The notes under the pieces are model-generated. The model was not told the origin of the DNA. It was given only the letters and a program-made list of their open reading frames with translations, and did not search any database. A stretch of DNA of 64,000 nucleotides from Promethearchaeota archaeon (GTDB lineage: Archaea > Asgardarchaeota > Lokiarchaeia > Sigyniarchaeales > SOKP01): the NCBI GenBank assembly GCA_016839555.1, contig JAEOUA010000007.1:160001-224000 (forward strand), given 5' to 3'. Both the position numbers and the translations under genes were made by a program. Below, one piece after another: positions 1 through 10,425 of the stretch. The stretch's first letter is position 1. Every line of letters begins with the position of its first letter.

Positions 1-957
1 CATAATACCTCATTTTTTATTTTAGGGATCAATACAATTGGATTATTTTATTACTATACTAGCTTTTATACAGAATTAATTAATTGGGAATTATTTCAAG
101 AAATTCAGAATTTTACTTTTTTTAATGCGTGGATCCTTATTTTCTCGCTTCCTTATTTAGTGTATGGACTATATTCCCTCTTTAAATGCATAAAAAAATA
201 TCATGTAATATACATATATAAAGTTAAATCCATCAATACTCGAAAATTTATAGTCTTTTATTCTGTTTTGATTTTCACAGCAAATATAATCTTTCTAATT
301 ATTCTTTTATATGAAATTGAAATTCTTTTTTTTACTCCTTTAATTAATTCTCCCGGACTAATTTATATCTTCTATAATTTTTTTATTTTTGTTTTGATTA
401 TTTATGCAATTGCTAAGAAAAGAACAACTATTTCAGATATTTCACCTGAATTAATAGCACAGCGAAGGGCTCAAGTAGAATCGGTTCAATCAGCACCCAT
501 TAGATCAGCACGAAGGGCACCCTCTAGTAGAGCCTCATCCTCTAGTAGATCTCAAAGAACAATGTCTACCACAAGATCAAGAACTACTCCAAAAGTGTAT
601 AGACCGAAAACACAAAAAGCGCGGTCAAAATTAAGTACTCAACAAAAGAAGCAAATTTTTGAAAAAATAAAAAGCATGAAACCAAAAACCACGATGCTTA
701 CACTAGATGATTTTAAATGCATCTTTTGCTTTAATCTTCCAGAATATCCAAAAGACAAGGGAAGGGGAATAGTTCTTTGCCCAAAATGTAATTATCCTGC
801 TCACGCTGATGAGTTTAAAGATTGGCTTAAAAATTCGAATTTATGCTCTCGATGCAGTGCAGAATTACCTGCTTCTTATAAAAGAAATCCAAAAACTGTT
901 TCAGTGAAATTTTATAGTAAAGTCATCCAATATTATAAGAAAAAAGAAAAATTGTGA
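1..957 (+). CDS. Multi-pass membrane protein with C-terminal RING-variant zinc finger (5'-truncated by window edge)
   Basis: Frame +1 is open from position 1. Hydrophobic segments, an S/R-rich linker, then CIFC-x16-CPKC-x4-H-x2-E-x3-W-x6-CSRC. Confidence 0.7.
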   Translation, partial: HNTSFFILGINTIGLFYYYTSFYTELINWELFQEIQNFTFFNAWILIFSLPYLVYGLYSLFKCIKKYHVIYIYKVKSINTRKFIVFYSVLIFTANIIFLIILLYEIEILFFTPLINSPGLIYIFYNFFIFVLIIYAIAKKRTTISDISPELIAQRRAQVESVQSAPIRSARRAPSSRASSSSRSQRTMSTTRSRTTPKVYRPKTQKARSKLSTQQKKQIFEKIKSMKPKTTMLTLDDFKCIFCFNLPEYPKDKGRGIVLCPKCNYPAHADEFKDWLKNSNLCSRCSAELPASYKRNPKTVSVKFYSKVIQYYKKKEKL

Positions 958-1142
958 AAGTAGCGCAATCCGTTTTCCACTGAATATTTTTTAAGAATTA
1001 AGAGTGCATTATATCTCTTAAAAATAATAAAAGCTGATTTCACAAAAACAAATAAACTTTTTCTATCGAAGAGATTCTTGTAGTATTTTAATATTTTAAT
1101 TGTTAAAAAAAAAAGAAAATTATTATTATAAAGATCACAAAA

Positions 1143-2498
1143 TTACAATCTGGTAATATATCGATTGCGTTCCCAATCAGAAACAATCACGCGATATGCA
1201 TCGTATTCTTCTAGCTTTGCATAATAATAATTTTTAAACATTTGCTCCCCAAAAATTTCCTTCATCATATCGGATTCTTTAAATTCTGTTAGTGCAACCC
1301 TGAGGCTACCTGGCAGAGAAATGATTCCAGATTTTTCAAGATCTTTGGTAGAAAAGTGATATACATTTCTATCAGTAGGGGGAGGGATTTCAATATCATC
1401 TGAAAGGAGACCATTCAATCCTGTTCCCAATAAAACCGCAAATTGTAAATAAGGATTTCCAGCTGGATCGGGGCAGCGAATTTCACAGCGTGCGGCGCTT
1501 GATTTATTATGAAAATCAGGAACACGAATAAGAGGCGAACGATTTCGAAATCCCCACGCAACATATACTGGAGCCTCATATCCTGGTACTAACCTTTTAT
1601 AGGAATTTGGCCAACTTGATAGTACCGCACACATCGCTCTTGCATACTTTAATTGTCCAGCAATCCATTTTTTCATCTCGTAGGAAATAGAGGCCTCATC
1701 ATTAGGATCATAGAATATATTTTTACCATCCTTCCAAATACTTTGATGTACATGCATGCCGGATCCATTAATTTTTGCAAATGGCTTTGGCATAAAAGTG
1801 GCTGTCATATCATGCAGAGCAGCGACTGTTTTGATTATTGATTTAATTGTAATGGTATTATCCGCGGTATCAACAGCTTTATCATAACGAAAATCTACTT
1901 CATGCTGTCCATAAGCAACTTCATGATGAAGTGCTTCAATTTCTATGCCCATTTTATCACAATATTGTGCTATCTTATATCTCATCATTTCATTTATGTC
2001 ATATGGATCATAATCAAAGTATCCACGGAGATCCGATGGTTTAAATTCTTTTTCTTGAGTTGTTTTATCTAAAATGAAAAATTCCATTTCAGGAGCACAA
2101 TAATAGGTAAGACCATGTTCCGCAGCTTTATCAACCATTTTTTGGAGTATAAATCTCGGATCACCTTCATAGCGGCATCCATCTGGTTTATAAATATCAC
2201 AAATGACTCTGGCGACTTTATCTTCCTTTCTCCAGGGAAGAATCTGGAAGGTTGTTGGATCTGGGATGGCAACTTTATCACTTTCTTCTATAGCTCCATA
2301 GCCTGTAATTGAGCTCCCATCAAAATTTTCTCCATCTTCAAGAAAATCCTCAATTCGTTTTGCGTTTATCTCGAAAGATTTGATTAATCCATGAATATCT
2401 GTGAATTGTAGGTATATAAATTTGATATCATATTCTTTAACAGTTTCTATCACTTGATTGCATACTTTTTTTCGATTGGGGTCAGTTTTTTTAATCAT
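1143..2498 (-). CDS. glnA: Glutamine synthetase (type I family)
   Basis: FDGSSI, HHEVAYGQHE, TFMPKPF..NGSGMHVHQS, NSYKRLVPGYEAP, EIRCPDPAGNPYL motifs. Confidence 0.93.
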   Translation of the reverse strand: MIKKTDPNRKKVCNQVIETVKEYDIKFIYLQFTDIHGLIKSFEINAKRIEDFLEDGENFDGSSITGYGAIEESDKVAIPDPTTFQILPWRKEDKVARVICDIYKPDGCRYEGDPRFILQKMVDKAAEHGLTYYCAPEMEFFILDKTTQEKEFKPSDLRGYFDYDPYDINEMMRYKIAQYCDKMGIEIEALHHEVAYGQHEVDFRYDKAVDTADNTITIKSIIKTVAALHDMTATFMPKPFAKINGSGMHVHQSIWKDGKNIFYDPNDEASISYEMKKWIAGQLKYARAMCAVLSSWPNSYKRLVPGYEAPVYVAWGFRNRSPLIRVPDFHNKSSAARCEIRCPDPAGNPYLQFAVLLGTGLNGLLSDDIEIPPPTDRNVYHFSTKDLEKSGIISLPGSLRVALTEFKESDMMKEIFGEQMFKNYYYAKLEEYDAYRVIVSDWERNRYITRL

Positions 2499-2688
2499 TT
2501 AATATAACCAATATATATTTTTATTTTAATATTATATCTTATATATAATGAAAATTAAGAAGATATTTAAAGATAACGAAAAAAGATCTAACCTATAAAC
2601 AAAATTCTGATCAAAAATCTATCATAATACTTAAAAAGTGAGGTAATCTTAATAAAATTTAAATAAGTATAAATATATATTTTATTGT

Positions 2689-3156
2689 ATGGTTGATAAT
2701 TTAGATGAATTAGATATAGAAATATTGAAAATTTTAAGCAAAGACTCCACAATATCTAATAGCAACATAGCGAATCAATTAGATAAACATCCCACCACCA
2801 TAGCTAACCATGTGACCGAGTTAAAAAAGAATGGGATTATAAAGGAGTTTTCAATTACCATAGATTATGAAAAACTGGGTTTTGATATAATTGCCATAAT
2901 TGAATTAACAATCTCTAAAGGGAAAATGTTAGAAGTTGAAAGAGACATTGCGAAAATATCTAATGTTTTCGCTGTGTATGATATAACAGGGCAGTATGAT
3001 GCGTTAGTCCTAACGAGATGTAAAAATCGAAAGGCATTAAGTGTGCTTGTAAAAAAAATTAATTCTTATAATAACGTAATTAGAACTAATACTCATATTA
3101 TCCTTAATGTGATTAAAGAAGGAACTAATTTTTTTGATTTAATAAATATGGAATAA
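2689..3156 (+). CDS. Lrp/AsnC family transcriptional regulator
   Basis: LDELDIEIL HTH start; YDITGQYD RAM domain; divergent from glnA. Confidence 0.9.
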   Translation: MVDNLDELDIEILKILSKDSTISNSNIANQLDKHPTTIANHVTELKKNGIIKEFSITIDYEKLGFDIIAIIELTISKGKMLEVERDIAKISNVFAVYDITGQYDALVLTRCKNRKALSVLVKKINSYNNVIRTNTHIILNVIKEGTNFFDLINME

Positions 3157-3308
3157 AAGTGCTTTATTTATTATTTATCAAAAATCTAAATTGAAAAATG
3201 ATTATATCACCCAAAAGATATAATTACCGAAATATTTAAATCTCTATTTATCTAAGTTATATTGAAAAAGAGAAATTTAATTAAAAATTTCATACGAGAA
3301 GAAATAAG

Positions 3309-4667
3309 ATGAATGAACATAAAGATGTTAAAAAAGAAACAGGAGTAAAGGATAAATTTCTATTCGGAATGCCAAGATTGGGCTCTTCTATTGTATTAGG
3401 AATCGAAGGGTGGGCTTTACTTACACTTTATACTTCCGGTTATGCCTTAGATCCATTTCGCACGGGGTTTGCTATCGCTATGGGATATCTTACTATTGCA
3501 GTCTCTCAGTTTCTACTTGGATGGCTAAGTGATGCCAAATATACAAAGTTGGGTCGAAGAAAACCTTATATCTTAATTTTTGCTCCGCTTTTAGGGCTTT
3601 CGATTATTTTTCTTTTATTACCTCAATTGGTACTACCAGATTTAGAAAATAAAAATGCACTTTTCTTTTGGTTGTTAATATGGGATATTATTTTCAGAGC
3701 CAGTTATGCGGTTACAACTCCTTATCAAGCTTGGATGGCAGAAGTCTTTCCGGTAAACGAGAGACCAAAAGTTTCACAAATTCAAAATACTTTTAACTAT
3801 ATTGGTAATGGAATAATGGCATTATTTTCGCTTTTAATTCTAACGAGTTTTATAGATGATTTAAGAATAAATGTAAATGCCCCGGTTCCGGTGATTTTTT
3901 TCATACCCCTTGTTATTTTCGGAGTTCTGACCATTGTATTGTTCTATTTGGTAGCTATTTTCCTTCCCAATGAGCCTAAATATGAAATAAAATCTAATAT
4001 GATAGACAATCTTAAAACCATTATAAAAAATAGAAATTTTATGCTGATTATTTTGATGGTGGGTATTGCTGGATTAGGATGGACAATGGGTACTACTACA
4101 ATGTTAAAATATACTGAAGATGCCCTGGCTCTTGGAGGATTTGATTACGTGATAGTGGCTCTTTGCTTATTGATATCGATATTTGTTTTTCTTTATATTT
4201 GGAGGCGGAATATTAATAAACATGGTAAAAAAAAGATGCTCTTATTTGTATTTCTCATAGCTGCAGCATTCTTTCCAATAACATTAATAGGCTTAATTCC
4301 AATGCCCTCCTACCTTATATTTGGAATAATATTTATAGTGGGAATCGGAGCTATATTAGCTGGCTGGTTCTTATTTCCCTATATTGTCTATGCAGATCTC
4401 GCCGAAGATGATCAAAAGAAGACTGGAGAGTTAAAAGCGGGAATTTATGCGGGATTTCCCTCTATCATTCTTAATATCTTTCAAGCTGCTAGTACTTTGC
4501 TTATTGGAGCAATTCTATCAATACCCATATATTATAGTCCTACCGCTTTTGTAGATCCTTATTCCATTGGTTTAGTATTATGGGGTCCACTAGCTTCGAT
4601 AGTCTTAATTATAGCATATTTCTACACAAAAAAATACATTACTTTAGATTTTGAATGGGAAAAATAA
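3309..4667 (+). CDS. MFS transporter (GPH/MFS_2 sugar-cation symporter-like)
   Basis: About 12 hydrophobic segments; GWLSD..TKLGRRKPYI motif; ADLAEDD...G...AGIY. Confidence 0.85.
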   Translation: MNEHKDVKKETGVKDKFLFGMPRLGSSIVLGIEGWALLTLYTSGYALDPFRTGFAIAMGYLTIAVSQFLLGWLSDAKYTKLGRRKPYILIFAPLLGLSIIFLLLPQLVLPDLENKNALFFWLLIWDIIFRASYAVTTPYQAWMAEVFPVNERPKVSQIQNTFNYIGNGIMALFSLLILTSFIDDLRINVNAPVPVIFFIPLVIFGVLTIVLFYLVAIFLPNEPKYEIKSNMIDNLKTIIKNRNFMLIILMVGIAGLGWTMGTTTMLKYTEDALALGGFDYVIVALCLLISIFVFLYIWRRNINKHGKKKMLLFVFLIAAAFFPITLIGLIPMPSYLIFGIIFIVGIGAILAGWFLFPYIVYADLAEDDQKKTGELKAGIYAGFPSIILNIFQAASTLLIGAILSIPIYYSPTAFVDPYSIGLVLWGPLASIVLIIAYFYTKKYITLDFEWEK

Positions 4668-4684
4668 TTTAAAATTTAATTATA

Positions 4685-4706
4685 TTTTTTTTTTTGAATT
4701 TTTTTT
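4685..4706 (+). terminator. Oligo-T tract, probable archaeal intrinsic terminator
   Basis: T11 then a further T-run, starting 18 nt after the MFS stop codon. Confidence 0.4.
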
Positions 4707-4808
4707 ATTTATAATTTTATATCAATATAAATAATGAAGACTTGGTTCAAATTTATTTTATTATTATTTTATTAAAAAGCAAGTTATAAGGAACAAATAG
4801 AAAAGTGC

Positions 4809-5585
4809 CTAATAGAACTTGGATTGATCTGAATCGAATAAACGTTGCAAGTAGCCAAAAACTAAGTCGAGCGATTTTTCCTCTAATGTAGAACAAGGAA
4901 TCAATTCTGCAGTGGAACCCATTTGCAAAAAAACATCAGAAATAAGCATCGATAATTCTCTTATTAATCCTTGTTCTCTCTCATTGGTAGAATCTTCTAA
5001 TGCCATAAAATCTTGGCTCCAATTAACAATCATTTCAATTTGATTTTCATCTAAAAGATCTGCTTTTGATAAGATGTTTATCTGTGAAATATTTTTGAAT
5101 CTGAATTGAACTGACGCAGCTAATAATAGAGTTGATATAAAACCGTTCGGACGAAGTACAAAATTAGCATCAAATAAAAATGAGACCGCTTTCTGGATGG
5201 GTTGAATTCCTAATGAATTTGCGATTAAAGGACCCGTTTCTCGAAAAGAGAAAAGTTCTAACTGACCTGTGGTGTCAACTAATACCCAATCAGGATTATA
5301 TTGGTCAATTTCATATTTTAAATCATCTATATATTGAATCATCAAATCTGAAGCCAATATGGTGGCTCCGTTAGGTCCAAGACCATACTTTTCCATAACA
5401 TCATCTAATACAATATAATCTCTTATATCTATATCGGGTATATAAGGCATATCTTTAACTCCAGGGTCCAGATTAATAATAATTGCCGAAGCTTCGGGAT
5501 TTCTATTTAAAATATACTCTTTTAAAGCCCCTGTCAGAGTTGTTTTACCTGAGCCAGCTGTGCCTATAATATAATTAAGTAAAAT
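4809..5585 (-). CDS. GPN-loop GTPase (start extended to a probable ATT codon)
   Basis: LGPNG and DTTGQLE lie in the listed ORF. The P-loop GTAGSGKT and NLDPG are in frame upstream of the listed ATG (5450). GAGGT sits 7 nt before ATT at 5585. Confidence 0.88.
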   Translation of the reverse strand: MLLNYIIGTAGSGKTTLTGALKEYILNRNPEASAIIINLDPGVKDMPYIPDIDIRDYIVLDDVMEKYGLGPNGATILASDLMIQYIDDLKYEIDQYNPDWVLVDTTGQLELFSFRETGPLIANSLGIQPIQKAVSFLFDANFVLRPNGFISTLLLAASVQFRFKNISQINILSKADLLDENQIEMIVNWSQDFMALEDSTNEREQGLIRELSMLISDVFLQMGSTAELIPCSTLEEKSLDLVFGYLQRLFDSDQSKFY

Positions 5586-5679
5586 TTCTATAACCTCTTT
5601 ATATTCTCATTTTAATTTAAATCTTGAATAAATAACTTAATAAATTAAAGAAATCCTTCAAACATAATATTTGTTTTAT

Positions 5680-6069
5680 TTAAGTAAATCTTTTTAATTT
5701 TGATAAATAATACACTGGTTTATTAAATTTCTTTTGAAAATATTCGATTTCTTCTTTAGATTGCTCTCCTATATAATTACCTTTATCCAGCACTAAAACC
5801 GCATCTTGAGAATGTAATTTTTTCATAGCAATTTTTTGAAGCTTATTCCATTCATTTTGAGAAAACTGCTTTTTATGTAAAAGACCATCTACAGAACAAA
5901 TTGATACTATTTTATTATAACTAATTTGGAGAATAGTTTCTATTTCATAAAAATATTCTTTCGCATTTGTAATTGATCCTACAAGAAAAATTCTCTCTTC
6001 TTTTATTTTAGAAAAATCATATCTCTCAAATTTCTTCAGAAAATTCTCATTTAGTCTTAATCTACTCAT
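5680..6069 (-). CDS. Hypothetical protein, DUF4406/nucleoside deoxyribosyltransferase-like fold
   Basis: IFLVGS ... DAVLVLD..NYIG..S..EIEY...KPVYYL pattern. Confidence 0.55.
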   Translation of the reverse strand: MSRLRLNENFLKKFERYDFSKIKEERIFLVGSITNAKEYFYEIETILQISYNKIVSICSVDGLLHKKQFSQNEWNKLQKIAMKKLHSQDAVLVLDKGNYIGEQSKEEIEYFQKKFNKPVYYLSKLKRFT

Positions 6070-6235
6070 AATTTCTTATAATACCATACTCTTTTAAATA
6101 TTTCATGAATTTTATTAAAGAAGGTGAGAAAAATTTCTTATTCACCTAATAAATTATAATAGATTAAAATTAATATAAGTGAAAAATAGATGATTAAAAA
6201 AAAAAACTAATAATATAATAAGAGAAAAAAAAATT

Positions 6236-9200
6236 TTAATTAAAAAATTCAGAAATATTTTCTCCGCATTTAGGACAATATTTTTTTGGTGATTCTAAAG
6301 CCTTACCACAGAAAGGACAATGAAATATAATTTTTTCTTCCTTCAATCCGCCTCTATCAATATATTTTTCAGAGTCTTCTGGATATCTACTCGCGAAATC
6401 TTCATCTACATATTCGGGTATAATTCTCTTCCTTCTAATAGCATAAATCACTACTAATATCCCAAAAATACCAGCAATTATTAGCAAGGCTACGATAATT
6501 GGTACCCAATTTGATTGTTCCTCACTTGGAATAAGTTGATTAAATAAATCATAGTTAAACGTAATTGTTGTTGCTATAATAAAGGGAGTCGTCATAGAGG
6601 TTCCCTCTTCATCTAATACATCAATATAGAGTATTCCTATATAATTATCAGGGAAGTAACCGGTAGATGTAGAAATTCTTTTAACTCCTTGTATTGATTC
6701 AAATAACATCGAATATGGAATACTAAAAGAGCCAGTATATTTTCCTAACTTAGAATTATATGAAAGACTATGCTCTTCAAATGAGGCAGGAGGAATTAAA
6801 ATTATTGTGCTATACCCCCCTTCTGGTTCTGAGATTGCTGCTATGAAAAGATTCACTGAAACCTCTACATTTGAATTATTATCATCATCTATAGTTTGAA
6901 TTTGAAAATTAATAATGTCTCCTTGATAGGCTTGTTGAACATAAATATAACCACCTGATGATGTATCGGAGAATTTTGTATATCCAGAAAAACCTATTCG
7001 AAAAAGTGAATTATCTAAATCAATATCTGGGGGTTCATTATTGATTTCAAAAGTTGCTCGTGGAGAATTTGGATTAGAATAATTATCATTAAAGGGGATT
7101 ACATAAAAAATTCCATAACCAGATGGCTCATTAGGTAAATTTATAGCTTTATTATAAATATTAATTAACGGTAAATTAGATAATAAATGAGTTTGATTAA
7201 TTGTTTTTTCAGAATTATGGAAACGATGTGAGTATAAAGAGAGATAAGCATTAAAATCTAAATATCCCGAGCTATTCATTTGAGCCTCTATAATAATGCT
7301 ATTTCCTTTATTAACACTTTCTTTACTAGTTTTAAGATTTAATATATTTGGAATAGCACTAGATTCATAATATAGAATTTTAGTGTTCTTAGTATATGTT
7401 TTGGAACCAAGTGTTAAATTAACTGAAATTTCATAGGGTTTAGTGGAAGGTGAGGGAATTATATAAGAATAATTGAATGCTATTCCGTCAATCGAAGAAG
7501 AAAGATTGATTGATTTATTGAATGAACTATTACTTATTCTTGCAGTTAAATTATTACTATCCAGAATAGAATTACTAATAAATGAATTAGATGTGGTGTT
7601 TTTTACATAGACAGAAATATTTAAACTCCCATTATTAACTCTCTCACCATTCAACTTGATATTTATTGAAATCTCATCTTTCCCAAAGAAGTAATCCATC
7701 AAATTGTTTAATAATAGCTCATGATTTTGTTTATAATCATTTTCCTCACTTGTATAATCATAATATAACCAGTTTAAATCTCCAAAGGCAACAAATTTAC
7801 CTTTATTGGAAGAAGTACCATTATATGCCACAGCTACGGATTTATTTTCCACTTCCGCGATACTTTCAGCAGCACCAGATACATTGAAAGTATTTCCATA
7901 TAACCATAAGGAGTGATTAACATCTTTAAATATAGAATGATTTTTCGGAATAGTATTTAATGCATATAATATTGTTCCAATCCCGATCCATTCTTCTGAG
8001 ATAATATTTTCTTCATTAATCATAGTATTTATTCCAAGTTCTGAAAAAAGAGTGTTTATATTATCCGAACATACATGTTGATATTGAGTACCCAAATAAA
8101 GAATGTCTCCACTATTATTGTAATATTCTACAAGATTTTCGATTTCCATCGGGCTATATGGTAGGATTGGGTTTTGTAAGACAATCAGGTCATACTGAGA
8201 TAACAATTCCTCAGTCAAAATATAGTTATCTGAGCTCTTATTATATCCAATTTGCCAATATTCCATTGAATAATCCATTGATATATTCAAATCTGCTAAA
8301 TCTGACATTGCCTCGTAAAATCCAATCTGAGGGAAGGATAATTCCGGGTTTAACCAGTCGTTAAGACCGTGATACGAATCAAATAAGATTTTTTGTTCCG
8401 GTAATCGAATATCTAAAGAAATATTAATATAATTAGCTATTACCCCATCTATTGTTATGCCAATAGAAAAATTCTGCACCCCTACGGTCGCATTATCTTT
8501 TATTTTAATAGCTAGTGTAGTAAAATTTATTCCTGCTCTTTGAAAAATAAAATAGTCATTTTCTAAATTAATCTCAATTCCAGAAAGATCAGTTGGTACC
8601 TCTATCCTTATGGTATTGTTCTTTCCAGAAATCACCGATAGGTTATATGTTTGAGAATCTCCTGGGAAATTAAGTAGATCGTAAGGTTTAAACGGCAAAA
8701 TATCAGGAAAAATCTTCGTAATATTGTTAATATCAGAGTGGGTTGAATTAATAATGTTTAAATATTCTAAGGATGCGGATACATTTATAAGCCCCGCGCC
8801 TGATTTAGGTAAATATGTTTCCTCAGATTTCGGAAGATGATATGCTCCTTCATAAAGCGCTATTCTCGCAGTTTCTGCGCTAATATTTGGATACGCATCT
8901 TTCAATATAGCAATTGCACCAGATACCATCGGACACGACATACTTGTTCCACTTAAGGGAATATAATTAGCAGAACCTTTGAAATCAAAAAAATCTCCAA
9001 GAAATTTCACTTCTTTTTCAAGCACAGAATTTGGAGCAGATGTGGAAATAATATTAAATCCAGGAGCAACTACATCGGGGTATCCAATGTAAGTTAAGGA
9101 TGGCCCCCAACTACTAAAATATGCAAGGCTATTATTAATATCTGTCGCACCAACACTAATAACATCAGGATGAGAGGCTGGCGTAGAACCAGTAAAATAT

Positions 9201-10231
9201 GTTGGTCCCGAATTACCCGCTGAGGCTACAAAAATAGTTCCATAGTTATCACTTGCATTGGAAATAGCATCCCATATTTCTTGATTAGTATCAAATTGAT
9301 CTCCTCCAAAGCTCATGGAAATTATATCAGCTCCAGCACCACCATCATTTATAGGTTTGGATACCCATTCTATTGCAGCTATTATATCTCCATCTAAAAT
9401 GCCTCCTGATGAATTCGAGATTTGAGCGTCAATTAATGAAACGCCAGGAGCAACACCGCAATACGTTCCTCCAGAAGATAGTCCACTACTACCAATTATT
9501 CCCGCAACATGGGTGCCATGTCCAAATAAATCTCCACTGCCTCCACCATAGGTTGCCAAATCACTTCTATTAATAATATTTAAATCAGGATGAGAATATA
9601 TTCCAGTATCAAGTACAGCAACCGATACTCCTGTACCATTATATGTAAGATTATCGGCACCAATAGCTTTAATCCACCAATTGGGATATGAATCAACATT
9701 AAGATTACTAACTCCAAGTTCCTGATCTCTAATAACTGGTGTATCATATTCCATCGATTTATATATACTTATGATGCTTGGTTCTTGTGAAATTAATGCT
9801 TCTTTCTCAATCAATTCTAAAGGATCGACCTTTAAAAAAGTCCCGGAAATAATATCATAATTATAAATTATTTCATAATCATTAAGTAAGGAATCAATTA
9901 TAGTAAGTCTCTCCTTTTTAGCGAGAGTCTCAATAAAATTTATAATTATAGTAATTTTCTCTCTTTTATTAGCACTCTGAGGTTTTAATTCATTTAAATA
10001 ATTTTCAAGATCGGAATTATATATGGGAGGATTAGAACTAATTGGACTATCGAGAGTAGGCTGTTCTTTAGTAACTAGACTATTGCTAATTAATTTAGAA
10101 TCTGAATCATTTAAATCGTTAATATTTTTATTATTTGAATTTTTTAAATTGATTAAAACTACAGGCAGAAAGATCTGGCTTACCAAGAGCAATAAAAATA
10201 TTATTGATGCTCGCTTTTTAAAATGTTTCAT
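6236..10231 (-). CDS. Membrane-anchored S8 subtilase with site-1-protease-like accessory domain and cytoplasmic zinc ribbon
   Basis: N-terminal signal/TM; triad VLDTG, HGTHVAG, GTSMSCP; many NxS/T sequons; C-terminal TM followed by CPFCG...CPKCG. Confidence 0.9.
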   Translation of the reverse strand: MKHFKKRASIIFLLLLVSQIFLPVVLINLKNSNNKNINDLNDSDSKLISNSLVTKEQPTLDSPISSNPPIYNSDLENYLNELKPQSANKREKITIIINFIETLAKKERLTIIDSLLNDYEIIYNYDIISGTFLKVDPLELIEKEALISQEPSIISIYKSMEYDTPVIRDQELGVSNLNVDSYPNWWIKAIGADNLTYNGTGVSVAVLDTGIYSHPDLNIINRSDLATYGGGSGDLFGHGTHVAGIIGSSGLSSGGTYCGVAPGVSLIDAQISNSSGGILDGDIIAAIEWVSKPINDGGAGADIISMSFGGDQFDTNQEIWDAISNASDNYGTIFVASAGNSGPTYFTGSTPASHPDVISVGATDINNSLAYFSSWGPSLTYIGYPDVVAPGFNIISTSAPNSVLEKEVKFLGDFFDFKGSANYIPLSGTSMSCPMVSGAIAILKDAYPNISAETARIALYEGAYHLPKSEETYLPKSGAGLINVSASLEYLNIINSTHSDINNITKIFPDILPFKPYDLLNFPGDSQTYNLSVISGKNNTIRIEVPTDLSGIEINLENDYFIFQRAGINFTTLAIKIKDNATVGVQNFSIGITIDGVIANYINISLDIRLPEQKILFDSYHGLNDWLNPELSFPQIGFYEAMSDLADLNISMDYSMEYWQIGYNKSSDNYILTEELLSQYDLIVLQNPILPYSPMEIENLVEYYNNSGDILYLGTQYQHVCSDNINTLFSELGINTMINEENIISEEWIGIGTILYALNTIPKNHSIFKDVNHSLWLYGNTFNVSGAAESIAEVENKSVAVAYNGTSSNKGKFVAFGDLNWLYYDYTSEENDYKQNHELLLNNLMDYFFGKDEISINIKLNGERVNNGSLNISVYVKNTTSNSFISNSILDSNNLTARISNSSFNKSINLSSSIDGIAFNYSYIIPSPSTKPYEISVNLTLGSKTYTKNTKILYYESSAIPNILNLKTSKESVNKGNSIIIEAQMNSSGYLDFNAYLSLYSHRFHNSEKTINQTHLLSNLPLINIYNKAINLPNEPSGYGIFYVIPFNDNYSNPNSPRATFEINNEPPDIDLDNSLFRIGFSGYTKFSDTSSGGYIYVQQAYQGDIINFQIQTIDDDNNSNVEVSVNLFIAAISEPEGGYSTIILIPPASFEEHSLSYNSKLGKYTGSFSIPYSMLFESIQGVKRISTSTGYFPDNYIGILYIDVLDEEGTSMTTPFIIATTITFNYDLFNQLIPSEEQSNWVPIIVALLIIAGIFGILVVIYAIRRKRIIPEYVDEDFASRYPEDSEKYIDRGGLKEEKIIFHCPFCGKALESPKKYCPKCGENISEFFN

Positions 10232-10425
10232 ATTCTTTTATAAAAGAAGATTAAAAATTTATTTATTTAGGTATTAAATTATAAGCAACAATTTAAAGTT
10301 ATTCTAGAAAGTCAATCCATACCCGCGTCTAATCCATAATTTTTTTAAAAATTATTTACTATCTGTCTTAGCAATAAACTGTTTTTAATAAGTTCTTATC
10401 ACTTCAATCAATTTTGTTCCTTTAA

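Noticed and set aside
1054-1067. AAACTTTTTCTATC also found at 21835-21848
   Set aside because: A 14-bp low-complexity match is plausible by chance in AT-rich DNA.
5604-5612. Selenocysteine read-through at the TGA upstream of the GPN gene, and at other TGA stops
   Set aside because: None of the TGA codons examined sits at a catalytic Cys position or is followed by continuing homology; no SECIS recognised by eye.
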